Origin: a virus
Taxonomy: Duplodnaviria > Caudoviricetes
Length of the DNA: 42,225 nt
Virus record (IMG/VR): IMGVR_UViG_3300046495_000035
Span: 1-42,225 of that record
Strand: one strand, 5' to 3'
In this document: piece by piece, positions 1-8,551 of the stretch
Numbering within the stretch: position 1 is the stretch's first letter
How the letters are laid out: the number at the start of each line of letters is the position of its first letter
Position numbers and translations under genes: made by a program
Notes under the pieces: model-generated
What the model was told of the DNA's origin: nothing
What the model saw: only the letters and a program-made list of their open reading frames with translations
Databases searched by the model: none

Positions 1-1224
1 ATAGGAGGAGAGTTTGCTTTAACCAAACTCTCCTCCGAATGGGAAGGCTGGGGTACCGCTCTTAAACCAGCTTTTGAACCCATCACCATTGCTCGTAAGC
101 CAATCTCTGAAAAGACTGTGGCAGAGAACTGCTTGAAATGGGGCGTTGGGGGGATAGATATCGACGGGAGTAGGGTGGAAGCTGATAATAATTATCTTAA
201 CGGAGATTTCAATCCTGAAAAAAAGATGAATAGGGATGTGTATAACTGGTCTAATGGGGTTAAAGATGTGAGAAGACCGCCTAACAAACAAGGCCGCTTC
301 CCCGCCAATCTCATTCACGACGGCTCTGATGAGGTGGTGAGTTTGTTTCCGAATAGTAAGAGCGGAGCGAGAAGCTCGAAACACGTCATCGGGAACGAAC
401 AGGGGGAAATGTTCAACCATGGAATCTACGGCAAGTACAAGTCGAAACCATTTGATGATGTTCCAGCTACCGAAGGTTCCGCCTCTCGCTTCTTCTATTG
501 TGCTAAAGCCCCGAAAGACCAACGATTCAGCTACTTGACTTGTAACTGTCAAACAGTCAAACTTGATTCATGGCAAAAACAGGACCAAAACCAAAAAGAC
601 CAGACGGAAACCACATTACCAGAAGTGGATACCTACGAGGAAAGCATGGAGGACGACTCCGACTTGAACATGACCTCATATGGGAACGAGCAAACGGACC
701 AATCCCCAAGGGACACGACATCCACCATATTGACGGGAACAAGCTCAACAACCAACTCTCCAACCTCCAGCTCGTTACCCCCACAGAACACAAACGAATC
801 CATGGTGGATGTGAATTGCGAGGCAGTGAGTGGTGGAAGCCTTGCTCAATCTGTAAACAACTCAAACCAATCAATACCGAATACTGGTACATCTCAAGAG
901 AAGGGTGGCCTTTGTACGGGCGTTGTCGTGTCTGCCACATTGGCCGAGTCGTACAGGAAAAGCGTCTGCGTAGATTGCAGAAGCGAAGTGAAAATTAGCG
1001 GACATCCGACCCAAAAACCCCTCGCCCTCATGGAGTACCTCGTGAAGCTCGTTAGCCGAAAGGGAGCTGTTGTCCTAGACCCGTTCGCTGGTTCAGGCTC
1101 TACGCTCATCGCCTGTAAGAAGACAGGCAGGAACTACATCGGGTGCGAGATGAACGAGGAGTATGTAAAGATTGCGGAGGCACGGTTGAAGGCAGTTTCT
1201 CCAGACCAAATCCAACTTCTATGA
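1..1224 (+). CDS. DNA methyltransferase (N6/N4 family), 5'-truncated by window edge, with ~150-aa in-frame insert
   Basis: Frame 1 is open from base 1 (…WEGWGTALKPAFEPITIARKP…). Also GRFPANLIHDGS, SRFFYCAKA, HPTQKPLALMEYL, the SAM motif VLDPFAGSGST and YIGCEMNEEY. Confidence 0.93.
   Translation: MGGEFALTKLSSEWEGWGTALKPAFEPITIARKPISEKTVAENCLKWGVGGIDIDGSRVEADNNYLNGDFNPEKKMNRDVYNWSNGVKDVRRPPNKQGRFPANLIHDGSDEVVSLFPNSKSGARSSKHVIGNEQGEMFNHGIYGKYKSKPFDDVPATEGSASRFFYCAKAPKDQRFSYLTCNCQTVKLDSWQKQDQNQKDQTETTLPEVDTYEESMEDDSDLNMTSYGNEQTDQSPRDTTSTILTGTSSTTNSPTSSSLPPQNTNESMVDVNCEAVSGGSLAQSVNNSNQSIPNTGTSQEKGGLCTGVVVSATLAESYRKSVCVDCRSEVKISGHPTQKPLALMEYLVKLVSRKGAVVLDPFAGSGSTLIACKKTGRNYIGCEMNEEYVKIAEARLKAVSPDQIQLL
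535..563 (+). promoter_or_regulatory. Candidate internal sigma70-like promoter for the nested HNH gene (leaderless transcript)
   Basis: TTGACT (535-540), 17 nt, CAAACT (558-563), 6 nt, ATG (570). It overlaps an inverted repeat TTGAC..GTCAA. Confidence 0.4.
570..998 (+). CDS. HNH homing endonuclease (HNH_3-like) with C-terminal Zn finger, nested in an alternate frame inside the MTase gene
   Basis: EHDLIWERANGPIPKGHDIHHIDGNKLNNQLSNLQLVTPTEHKRIH, then CSIC…CRVC. Confidence 0.9.
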   Translation: MAKTGPKPKRPDGNHITRSGYLRGKHGGRLRLEHDLIWERANGPIPKGHDIHHIDGNKLNNQLSNLQLVTPTEHKRIHGGCELRGSEWWKPCSICKQLKPINTEYWYISREGWPLYGRCRVCHIGRVVQEKRLRRLQKRSEN

Positions 1225-2777
1225 CCGACCCCCGCCTCCTCGATAAATCCTGGCGACTCTCCCATCTCTACACCATTACTTCCAAGGCAGGAGGTGAGAA
1301 GGTTTCCTTCAAGCCAAACTTAGCTCAGCAGGAATTGTTCAAGGTTCTGGAGACAGATAGGCGAGTGATTATTTTGAAAGCTCGTCAGCTTGGAGTCACC
1401 ACCGCCCTCTGCGTTTGGTTCCTGGATGAGGTTCTCTTTCGCAGGAACATCAACTCCCTCTCTGTTCTTCAAAGTAGGGACCACGCCATTTCAGCTTTCG
1501 ATGGGAAGGTCCACTTCGCTTGGGATAACATCCACCCAGATTTGAAGAAAGGTTTGGGCTGGACCGTGGATATTTCTAGGGCTAATCAGCTTACCTTCTC
1601 CTTCGGTGATGGCTCTTCCTCTTCCTACGTTGTTTCTACCTCCGGGCGTTCCGGGACTTTTCAAAACGTTCATATCTCCGAGTTGGCTGCTTTGGATTCC
1701 GAACGTCCCAACGATTCAAAGGAAGTGATTACTGGAACAATCCCCGCCGTCCCTACCTCCGGGCTTATCGTGATTGAGAGTACGGCCAACGGGGAATTGG
1801 GAAACTTCGCGAATTACTGGAGGGATGCGGTCTCAGGAAGAAACGGGTATAAGCACCTCTTCTTCAACTGGAGAATGGACAAGGAGGAAATCGAGAAGAT
1901 GTCTCCCGTGGAATTGCCTCCTGAGTTCAAGGACATCCAGATTCTCCACAAACTCTCTGACAAAGAAGCCTCCTATCTTTTTTCTAAATGGCGTTCCCTC
2001 TCCTGCGACTGGTCCCTTCTTCGTCAGGAGTATCCAACCACTCCAGAGGAAGCCTTCACTTCTTCGAATGAAAAGTTCTTCGACATCGAAGCCCTGGATG
2101 AAGCGATTGAAATTGCGGAAGTCGGAACCAAGTTTGGTTCGCATACCTACTTCCAGGAACCGAAGCCTGGACGAACCTACTCCATTGGAGCCGACCCTTC
2201 CGAAGGAGTAGGTGGGGACCACTCCGCCGCAACAGTTCTCGAACTCGACGGATTGAAACCGAAGGTTGTTGCCATCTACGCTGACAATAAATGCCCACCA
2301 GAAGATTTCGCCTTTACCCTGAAAAACCTTTCTGAGAAATACAACGGAGCGACCATCGCTGTCGAAAGGAATAATCACGGCCATGCCGTCATCGCTACTT
2401 TGAAACACATCTACGATGAGGACCTTCTGTATCGGCAGCAGGACCCATCCATGGTTTCCTCCAAATCCTTCCGCCTGGGATTCAATACCAATGCAGCAAC
2501 CAAACCCCTCATCCTCCACGCTCTCGGACAGGTGGTTCGAGAGAGAGCCATCCTCATCCCTTCAAGGGAACTCCTTACCGAACTTCGGCAATATCCTAGG
2601 AATGAAGCGTCGAAGACAAGGACAGAGGAAGGAGCCACAAGACATTGGGACCTCGTTCTTTCAACAGCGCTCGCCCTCCATGCTTCAGACTTCGCTCTGA
2701 AAAACGGGAAAGGTGGTACCATAGGAGGTATAACCTACGTTCCTACTAAGGAACTGGATGAGTTTTCAGCCATCTAA
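1221..2777 (+). CDS. terL: Terminase large subunit
   Basis: Walker A IILKARQLGVTT, Walker B VHISELA, coupling motif IESTANG, nuclease motifs IGADPSEG-GDHS, AVERNNHG and HWDLV. ATG 1221 overlaps the MTase stop (ATGA). Confidence 0.95.
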   Translation: MTDPRLLDKSWRLSHLYTITSKAGGEKVSFKPNLAQQELFKVLETDRRVIILKARQLGVTTALCVWFLDEVLFRRNINSLSVLQSRDHAISAFDGKVHFAWDNIHPDLKKGLGWTVDISRANQLTFSFGDGSSSSYVVSTSGRSGTFQNVHISELAALDSERPNDSKEVITGTIPAVPTSGLIVIESTANGELGNFANYWRDAVSGRNGYKHLFFNWRMDKEEIEKMSPVELPPEFKDIQILHKLSDKEASYLFSKWRSLSCDWSLLRQEYPTTPEEAFTSSNEKFFDIEALDEAIEIAEVGTKFGSHTYFQEPKPGRTYSIGADPSEGVGGDHSAATVLELDGLKPKVVAIYADNKCPPEDFAFTLKNLSEKYNGATIAVERNNHGHAVIATLKHIYDEDLLYRQQDPSMVSSKSFRLGFNTNAATKPLILHALGQVVRERAILIPSRELLTELRQYPRNEASKTRTEEGATRHWDLVLSTALALHASDFALKNGKGGTIGGITYVPTKELDEFSAI

Positions 2778-2780
2778 TCT

Positions 2781-4736
2781 ATGTCAGAACTTTCTCCCAT
2801 CGTGGAGGGTCAGGATGTAAAGCCGTTTCCTCTCAATGATTTCTCTGAGGAAGATGTCGGTCTTATCTACGAAAAGTTATCCAAGGCCCGTGACGAACGC
2901 TCGATGCCGAGAAAGGAGTTCGACATGATGGTTTTTGAACAGGACTACGAACGTAATCGTGAAGCTGCGTTCTCCTACCTCCGCCCGAAGAAGAACGACG
3001 ATGATGTCCGCGTGAACTCAGGGACGAGCGAGAAGAAAATCGAACTCATGCACAACGAACTCATGAGCATGAACTTCCAGCCGTCCGTCCGAGCGTTTGA
3101 TAAAAACAATCTGGAACTCGTTGACCTCGGCTCTGATTTCACCGACATCGTTCGGATGACGAATGAACAAGAGAAGGATGAAGATATTTGGGATGAAGTG
3201 ATTACGGATTTGCTCACTCAGCGTGCTGCCTTTGTCGAAGAGTGTCTCGTCCCAGAATCAGCCGAAGGTTGGTATGGAAAAGGCGCACCTGGGTATCTGC
3301 GAGCGAAGAAGCGTCGTCTCTCTCCTCTCCAGGTTTACATGGCCGACATCTACTGCCCGATGTCGAAGTTCAACGAACAACCGTACATCGTTATCTACGA
3401 CCGCTTCCTTATTTCTGAAGCTCGCGTGATGTTCGGAAATAATCCGAATTGGAAATTCGTCCGTCCAGGAGCTATCCACGACGAGTTCATCCCGTGGTTC
3501 AAGTACCGCTTCTCCACTCTCCGCTCGAACGAAGTTGAAATCATGACCATCATGTCCTCATCGGACCATGATGATTATTACCAGCAGGTCGTGAACGGCG
3601 TTCCGATGCACCCGAAGGGAACGACCATGCCGTGCCGAAAGGGTTATCCGATTGCCGCTGCTACTGCCAAACAGATTCCTGATTTCGCCTATGGGAAACC
3701 TCCGATTGCTTCCGCCAAGTTCCTTCAAGGCTTGCAGGATGAAACACTCCGCAACCTCATTCGAAAGATGCGTCAGGCTATTGAGCCGCCTCTTGGCGTC
3801 ACTAATGGAAAGGTGTACGGACGCGACGTTTGGTCACCAGGAGCGACAACTGTTGGCCTCGTACGGGACAACTTTTCTAAACTCATCGACCACCAGGGTG
3901 TCACCAATTCCGAGTTCCAAATGTTCCAGCTCATCACGCAGAAAGCCGAAGAGTTCATCGGCATGGCTAACATCACCGCACAGATAGGTGGAGGGCAGAT
4001 GACTGCGACGCAGATTCTCGAACTCCAGAAGCAGAGCATCAAGATGCTCGGGAAGATTGTCCTTGCCGTCACCCGTTTGAAACGCGACGCGACCTATCTC
4101 CGACTCGACTCCGTCTTCGAGGAATATCTTGAACCCGTCTCCAAAGAAATTGAGGAGCATGGCGGAAAGAAAGAAGCTCGCAGGAAGTACCGCTCGTTTG
4201 AAATCAACGACTCGAAGAATCACCTCGGACAAATCGCCAAGAAGTTCATCGTCCTTGGGGACAAACTTCTCACCGAAGCGGAAATCGAAGACGTCCTTGA
4301 TTACGAGGATTACCTATCGGCAAAGGCTGGAAAGAACGTCAGGTATTCGTTCATGAACGTCCCTGCCATAAAATCCATTCCCCTTCTCTTCCATGTGGAA
4401 GTCACCCCAGAACAGCGTGACTCAGGTTCTCTGGATAAGGTTCTCTTCCAGGATAAGTTGGCGCAAGGAGCGAGCATCTCCCAACTCACAGGAAGGAAAC
4501 TTTCTGGAGACCGCATCGTCACCGACTTCGAATCTACCTGGAAGTCAAAGGGTTGGTTCGAGGCGAAGAGTGAGCAGCCTCAGGTGGGACAGCAACCAGG
4601 GCAACCTGGTGGAGTACAAGGACAAGCCCAGGAACTTCTCGGACAAATCGGACAGATGGGAAACTCAGTCCCGCGTTCCGACATGGGTCAGAGGCAGATG
4701 GCTTCTCTCGGCTCAATAATGAAGCAACCGAAGTAG
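2781..4736 (+). CDS. Portal protein (P22-like)
   Basis: 651 aa directly after terL; helical, with the MTATQI motif and a Q/G/P-rich C-terminal tail typical of podovirus portals. Confidence 0.8.
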   Translation: MSELSPIVEGQDVKPFPLNDFSEEDVGLIYEKLSKARDERSMPRKEFDMMVFEQDYERNREAAFSYLRPKKNDDDVRVNSGTSEKKIELMHNELMSMNFQPSVRAFDKNNLELVDLGSDFTDIVRMTNEQEKDEDIWDEVITDLLTQRAAFVEECLVPESAEGWYGKGAPGYLRAKKRRLSPLQVYMADIYCPMSKFNEQPYIVIYDRFLISEARVMFGNNPNWKFVRPGAIHDEFIPWFKYRFSTLRSNEVEIMTIMSSSDHDDYYQQVVNGVPMHPKGTTMPCRKGYPIAAATAKQIPDFAYGKPPIASAKFLQGLQDETLRNLIRKMRQAIEPPLGVTNGKVYGRDVWSPGATTVGLVRDNFSKLIDHQGVTNSEFQMFQLITQKAEEFIGMANITAQIGGGQMTATQILELQKQSIKMLGKIVLAVTRLKRDATYLRLDSVFEEYLEPVSKEIEEHGGKKEARRKYRSFEINDSKNHLGQIAKKFIVLGDKLLTEAEIEDVLDYEDYLSAKAGKNVRYSFMNVPAIKSIPLLFHVEVTPEQRDSGSLDKVLFQDKLAQGASISQLTGRKLSGDRIVTDFESTWKSKGWFEAKSEQPQVGQQPGQPGGVQGQAQELLGQIGQMGNSVPRSDMGQRQMASLGSIMKQPK

Positions 4737-4737
4737 C

Positions 4738-5079
4738 ATGAAAACGTATCACCGAATGGATGCACGGAAGGTGGTTGAGGAAGCAATGGGTTCCATCTTC
4801 CGTGGGACATCTTTTGATGAACTCGCTGACGAGAATCAAAAACGTGAATACGCACAGAACGCACGGCTCATCCTCGACTCCGTCGTCTTCAAGACGGAAA
4901 TCGGCCGACTCATCGACGACCTCATCACACATCTCGCTAAGAGAACGCAGAGCTTCGATGAAGTCCAAGACGCGCGCGCCCAGATACTCGCCCTCGAACT
5001 CTTCACAGGAAGGCTGGAGCAGATTGCTTCCTGGACGAAGCGCGACATTCCAGCGGAGGATGAGTTCTCCATAATATAA
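4738..5079 (+). CDS. Hypothetical head-morphogenesis protein
   Basis: 113-aa helical ORF between portal and scaffold; tightly packed. Confidence 0.65.
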   Translation: MKTYHRMDARKVVEEAMGSIFRGTSFDELADENQKREYAQNARLILDSVVFKTEIGRLIDDLITHLAKRTQSFDEVQDARAQILALELFTGRLEQIASWTKRDIPAEDEFSII

Positions 5080-5166
5080 ATCCAACCTGGGACGCCAGGA
5101 TAGATTCACAGAGCGCGTATCCGCCCCAATCCGCTCTGTCTATAAGGGGTAGATTGGTATTTTTTT

Positions 5167-5778
5167 ATGCCTAGAGCTTTGTTCGACGAAGCTGGCAACC
5201 AGGTGGAAGTTCCCGATGAGCAGGAGTTGGAGAGCTTGAAATCAGCGCAGGAAGAAGCTAACGCTCTCAAGGAACAAATCAAGGCTTTTGAAGATGGTTC
5301 CGTCGGGATGAAATCCCTTCGCGAAGCATTGAAACGCAAGGACTCCCTCATCGCTGATTTGCAGAAGAAGGCCGAGGCTCCGAAGCAGGAAGCGAAAGTC
5401 GAGGAAAAGAAGGAAGTCTTTGACGAAGAGAAGTATCGTCAGATGTCGCGCGCAGAAGCCTCGAAGATTCTCTTGGAAACAGAAATCTCCCGCTCTCTCT
5501 CAGAGTATTCTGAGGACGACAAGAAGCTCATCAAGCGGAACTTCGACAAGCTGACCGCAGGTGAGGAACTCAACATGGAAACGATGTCCGTCTACATGGA
5601 GCAAGCCGCGCGCGCCGCGTTCCCATCAACCGACGTTCGCTCAAAGTTTTCCCATTCCGCTGGTGGTCGTCCGCCGATTGTCGATGATGGTCAGAAGAAA
5701 TCGTTTGCGGATTCCGATGCTGGTCGTGACCTTGCCGCTCGCATGGGCTTGAAACTCGAAGCACCTAAACGCAAATAA
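5167..5778 (+). CDS. Probable capsid scaffolding protein
   Basis: Charged coiled-coil (E/K-rich); position upstream of capsid genes; C-terminal short helix (…DLAARMGLK). Confidence 0.65.
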   Translation: MPRALFDEAGNQVEVPDEQELESLKSAQEEANALKEQIKAFEDGSVGMKSLREALKRKDSLIADLQKKAEAPKQEAKVEEKKEVFDEEKYRQMSRAEASKILLETEISRSLSEYSEDDKKLIKRNFDKLTAGEELNMETMSVYMEQAARAAFPSTDVRSKFSHSAGGRPPIVDDGQKKSFADSDAGRDLAARMGLKLEAPKRK

Positions 5779-5780
5779 CT

Positions 5781-6359
5781 ATGTCTGAAGAACTCAAGAA
5801 GAACAGCGAGATGGATGACCTGCGTGGATTGGTCTCCGAACTTACTGGGCAGGTGAAGAAGCTCTCGGAGAAAAAGAACCCAGGCTCAGGCGTTGTCCGA
5901 AAGCGCGTGAAGGAACACACCGCGTTCATGCGTGAGTACAGCGTGAAGGATTCCCCAGTCGGGTTGGTCACGAAGCTCTACGACGTGAAGGAAGTTCAGG
6001 ATAAAACCGAGAACAAACGGTACATCGGTCTCTGCAAAATCGACGTTCTGAATCCGAAGACGGGAGAAACCAAATCCTTCAAGGACATCAACTACCTAGA
6101 GTTTCTCGACCAATGCCCGAAGGTACTCACCTCCATTGTCCGATGGGACAAGACCGTCCGCTACGAAACTGACCCGCGAAAAGGAGGAGGAGGAACTGGC
6201 GCAGTTCTGAAGCAGGGAGTGAACAATGAATATGTCGTTGACTTCGAACATGACTTTGAAGTCGGATATATCGACCACACCTATACGCTGAAAGTTCTGG
6301 AGGGAGCCTTTGAAGGGGATACGTTTATTCACGAGAATGGCACGGGCCTCAACATCTAA
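5781..6359 (+). CDS. Hypothetical protein
   Basis: 192-aa ORF, 2 nt after the previous stop. Confidence 0.7.
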   Translation: MSEELKKNSEMDDLRGLVSELTGQVKKLSEKKNPGSGVVRKRVKEHTAFMREYSVKDSPVGLVTKLYDVKEVQDKTENKRYIGLCKIDVLNPKTGETKSFKDINYLEFLDQCPKVLTSIVRWDKTVRYETDPRKGGGGTGAVLKQGVNNEYVVDFEHDFEVGYIDHTYTLKVLEGAFEGDTFIHENGTGLNI

Positions 6360-6360
6360 T

Positions 6361-6798
6361 ATGGCTGACTTCGCACAGATTCGTAAGCACGAGGAGAAAA
6401 TGGATTCCGAAGACCACAAGGCGCGCGTCGCGCGGGCAACCCTCGTCGCTCGCAAACTCCTCGCCACTCTCGCTACCGAGTTCGAGACAATCCCGCTCGG
6501 TGACATTGAGCAGACTGACCCAGCCCACAAGGAAATGGCGAAAAAGCTCCTGAAGGTTCTCCTTGAAGAGAACATCCCATATTCCGATTTGGATTTCTGT
6601 TTCCAGGTCGCAATGCAAGCCATCTCATTCCCAGCCGTCATGGTCCAGGAATCCATGAAGGAATCATTCCAGCGTTGCCTCACGGGACTTTTCGGTAAAC
6701 CCGCGCGCGACGTGACCGCTCAGGAAATGGACGTTCTTCTCAAGAAGGCGGATACCATCGAGCCAGAAAAGGTGGTATCATCTGAAGTAGCGGAGTAA
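6361..6798 (+). CDS. Hypothetical protein
   Basis: ATG 6361 (MADFAQ…), 1 nt after the previous stop. Confidence 0.7.
   Translation: MADFAQIRKHEEKMDSEDHKARVARATLVARKLLATLATEFETIPLGDIEQTDPAHKEMAKKLLKVLLEENIPYSDLDFCFQVAMQAISFPAVMVQESMKESFQRCLTGLFGKPARDVTAQEMDVLLKKADTIEPEKVVSSEVAE
6773..6781 (+). promoter_or_regulatory. Candidate extended -10 promoter upstream of structured RNA and capsid genes
   Basis: TG-G-TATCAT; no good -35. Confidence 0.35.
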
Positions 6799-6801
6799 TT
6801 C

Positions 6802-6988
6802 GCAGGAGTTCGGGGGTCAGTCCGTGCTGGTCCCCACTCTCCCGCGCGTTAGGTGCATAACGCATCGACCTCTGGGGTCGTAAAATCCAGACCAATCAAC
6901 GTAGAGAGGAACCACGTCACGGTCCTCGCTCGAATCCGCTGATGTAAACAGCGTCACCAAAACTATTCGAGGCACAGTCAATGTGTCT
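6802..6988 (+). ncRNA. Structured RNA leader of the capsid operon
   Basis: Consecutive helices: GGGGGTCAG/CTGGTCCCC, GCGTTA/TAACGC, pseudoknot CGAC-TCTGG-GTCG-CCAGA, GAGGAACC/GGTCCTC, CTCGAAT/ATTCGAG enclosing CGCTG/CAGCG, and GGCACA/TGTGTC. Confidence 0.65.
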
Positions 6989-7018
6989 TTCTTTGCTTAT
7001 TCTCCTTATCAAAAATGT

Positions 7019-7441
7019 ATGGCCTTTATCCGCCGCACAGGTTCCGAACGGGTTTCCGTTCAGTTCCCGAAAGTCGCCTCGGTTGCCCTCAATGTTGGTG
7101 ATGCTCTCATCGCTGACGGTTCTGGTGCTGTGACCGTAGCCACGGCCACCTCCACGGCCATCATCGGTATCTGCCAGAAGAAGGTTGCTTCCACGGATGC
7201 TGACTACGCCTCGAACACGATGATGCCAGTCGAAGTCATTGACTTCAACGCCATCTACGAAGCAGACGTCGATAATACCCTCACGACCGCCATGGTTGGT
7301 CTCCGTCGCGACCTCACGGACAAGGACTCTGTGAACGCCACGGGTACGACCCACAATCAGGTCACGATTGTTGGCTACATCTCGGCTACGAAAGCTCTCG
7401 TCATGTTCAACAGCGCGTTCCAAGCTGTGAACGCCGCCTAA
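7019..7441 (+). CDS. Capsid decoration/cement protein
   Basis: 140 aa, A/T/V-rich, ALNVGDALIADGSG…AIIGI pattern, immediately before the MCP. Confidence 0.7.
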   Translation: MAFIRRTGSERVSVQFPKVASVALNVGDALIADGSGAVTVATATSTAIIGICQKKVASTDADYASNTMMPVEVIDFNAIYEADVDNTLTTAMVGLRRDLTDKDSVNATGTTHNQVTIVGYISATKALVMFNSAFQAVNAA

Positions 7442-7466
7442 CTCATCGCCATAACGTAATAACTAT

Positions 7467-8495
7467 ATGGCCGCAGGTTCACAAACGACTCTCCTCTCTA
7501 CAATCTCGGAGCCAGAGTTCAGCGATTTGGTACGCCGCAACTGGGTGGCAACGCAGCAGTTCATCGACAAGAACGCTCAGCAGATGTTCATCATGGACCA
7601 GATTGGTTCTGGCCAGGGTTCCTCGAAGCTCTACAACGAGTTCGATACGGAGACCTACGCTGACGTGAAGGTCGAAGGTGGTGCCGCTACGAAGGCCAGG
7701 GTTGGCGTTGGCTACAACGTCACGATGACCGCGAAGACGGTTGCCAAGCAGGTCGACATCACGATTGAAGAGCGCATCCAGAACCGCTACCCAGAAGTCA
7801 TGGCGAAGGTCACGTCCCTCGCTGAGTTCTGCAACAACCGCATGGACCTCGACCTCTCGCACCGACTCACGTTCGCTGGTGCCACATCCTACACGGACAT
7901 GAATGGCAACACGGTCTCGACGGTGGTCGGTGATGGCCTCGCTCTCGTCTCGGCTTCGCACACGCTCGCCTTCAGCTCGACGACCTACTCCAACTTGGTG
8001 TCTGGCTCTCCTGCGTTCTCGCAGACCGCCCTCCAGGGTGCGTTGCTCCTCGCCGCTTCCAACATCTACAACAACTTTGGACAGCGCCGAAAGATGGATT
8101 TCAACACGATTTTCTGCTGGTCCGACCCGTCAACCGAACAGGTCATCGACCAGTTGCTCCAGTCCACGGCTGACATCGACGCGGTACAGGCTGGCATCGT
8201 GAACGTGTATAAGGGCAAGTTCTCGAAGGTGGTTCTCCCGAACCTCGCCACGACTGCTGCTGGTGCCTACGATTCGACCAAGCGCCGCTACTGGGGTATC
8301 GCCGCTCTCGGCCAGGGTCTTCTTGGTTGGCAGGGTATCCTCGGTGTCTGGATGCCGCCGACGCTCAAGACTCCTGCTCCAGGAAACAACGGCGAGAACA
8401 TCGACACGTTGAACTGGACCTACACCACGGTTGCCATGTACGGCATCGCCACGGTGTCCCCGCGTGGTCTCATCATGTCCTTGGTTGTCTCCTAA
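7467..8495 (+). CDS. Major capsid protein (HK97 fold, Mu gpT-like family)
   Basis: 342 aa; DVKVEGG, GDGLALVSASH and strong codon bias; followed by a strong hairpin. Confidence 0.85.
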   Translation: MAAGSQTTLLSTISEPEFSDLVRRNWVATQQFIDKNAQQMFIMDQIGSGQGSSKLYNEFDTETYADVKVEGGAATKARVGVGYNVTMTAKTVAKQVDITIEERIQNRYPEVMAKVTSLAEFCNNRMDLDLSHRLTFAGATSYTDMNGNTVSTVVGDGLALVSASHTLAFSSTTYSNLVSGSPAFSQTALQGALLLAASNIYNNFGQRRKMDFNTIFCWSDPSTEQVIDQLLQSTADIDAVQAGIVNVYKGKFSKVVLPNLATTAAGAYDSTKRRYWGIAALGQGLLGWQGILGVWMPPTLKTPAPGNNGENIDTLNWTYTTVAMYGIATVSPRGLIMSLVVS

Positions 8496-8498
8496 TAC

Positions 8499-8545
8499 CT
8501 ATCGCTAACATAGGGCGGGGCTTCGGCTTCGCCCTATGTTGATAG
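8499..8545 (+). terminator. Strong hairpin after MCP (terminator or stability element)
   Basis: AACATAGGGCGGGG-C(TTCG)G-CTTCGCCCTATGTT, extended by CTATC/GATAG; UUCG tetraloop; weak U tract. Confidence 0.65.
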
Positions 8546-8551
8546 CTTCCT

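Noticed and set aside
540-1000. MTase insert as an intein or group I intron
   Set aside because: No Hint-domain motifs or terminal HN-C/S/T, and no recognisable P7 core by eye. Not formally excluded without RT-PCR.
1143-1220. Upstream GTG start for TerL in the ORF track
   Set aside because: ATG 1221 overlaps the MTase stop (ATGA) and has the genome's T-ATG context.
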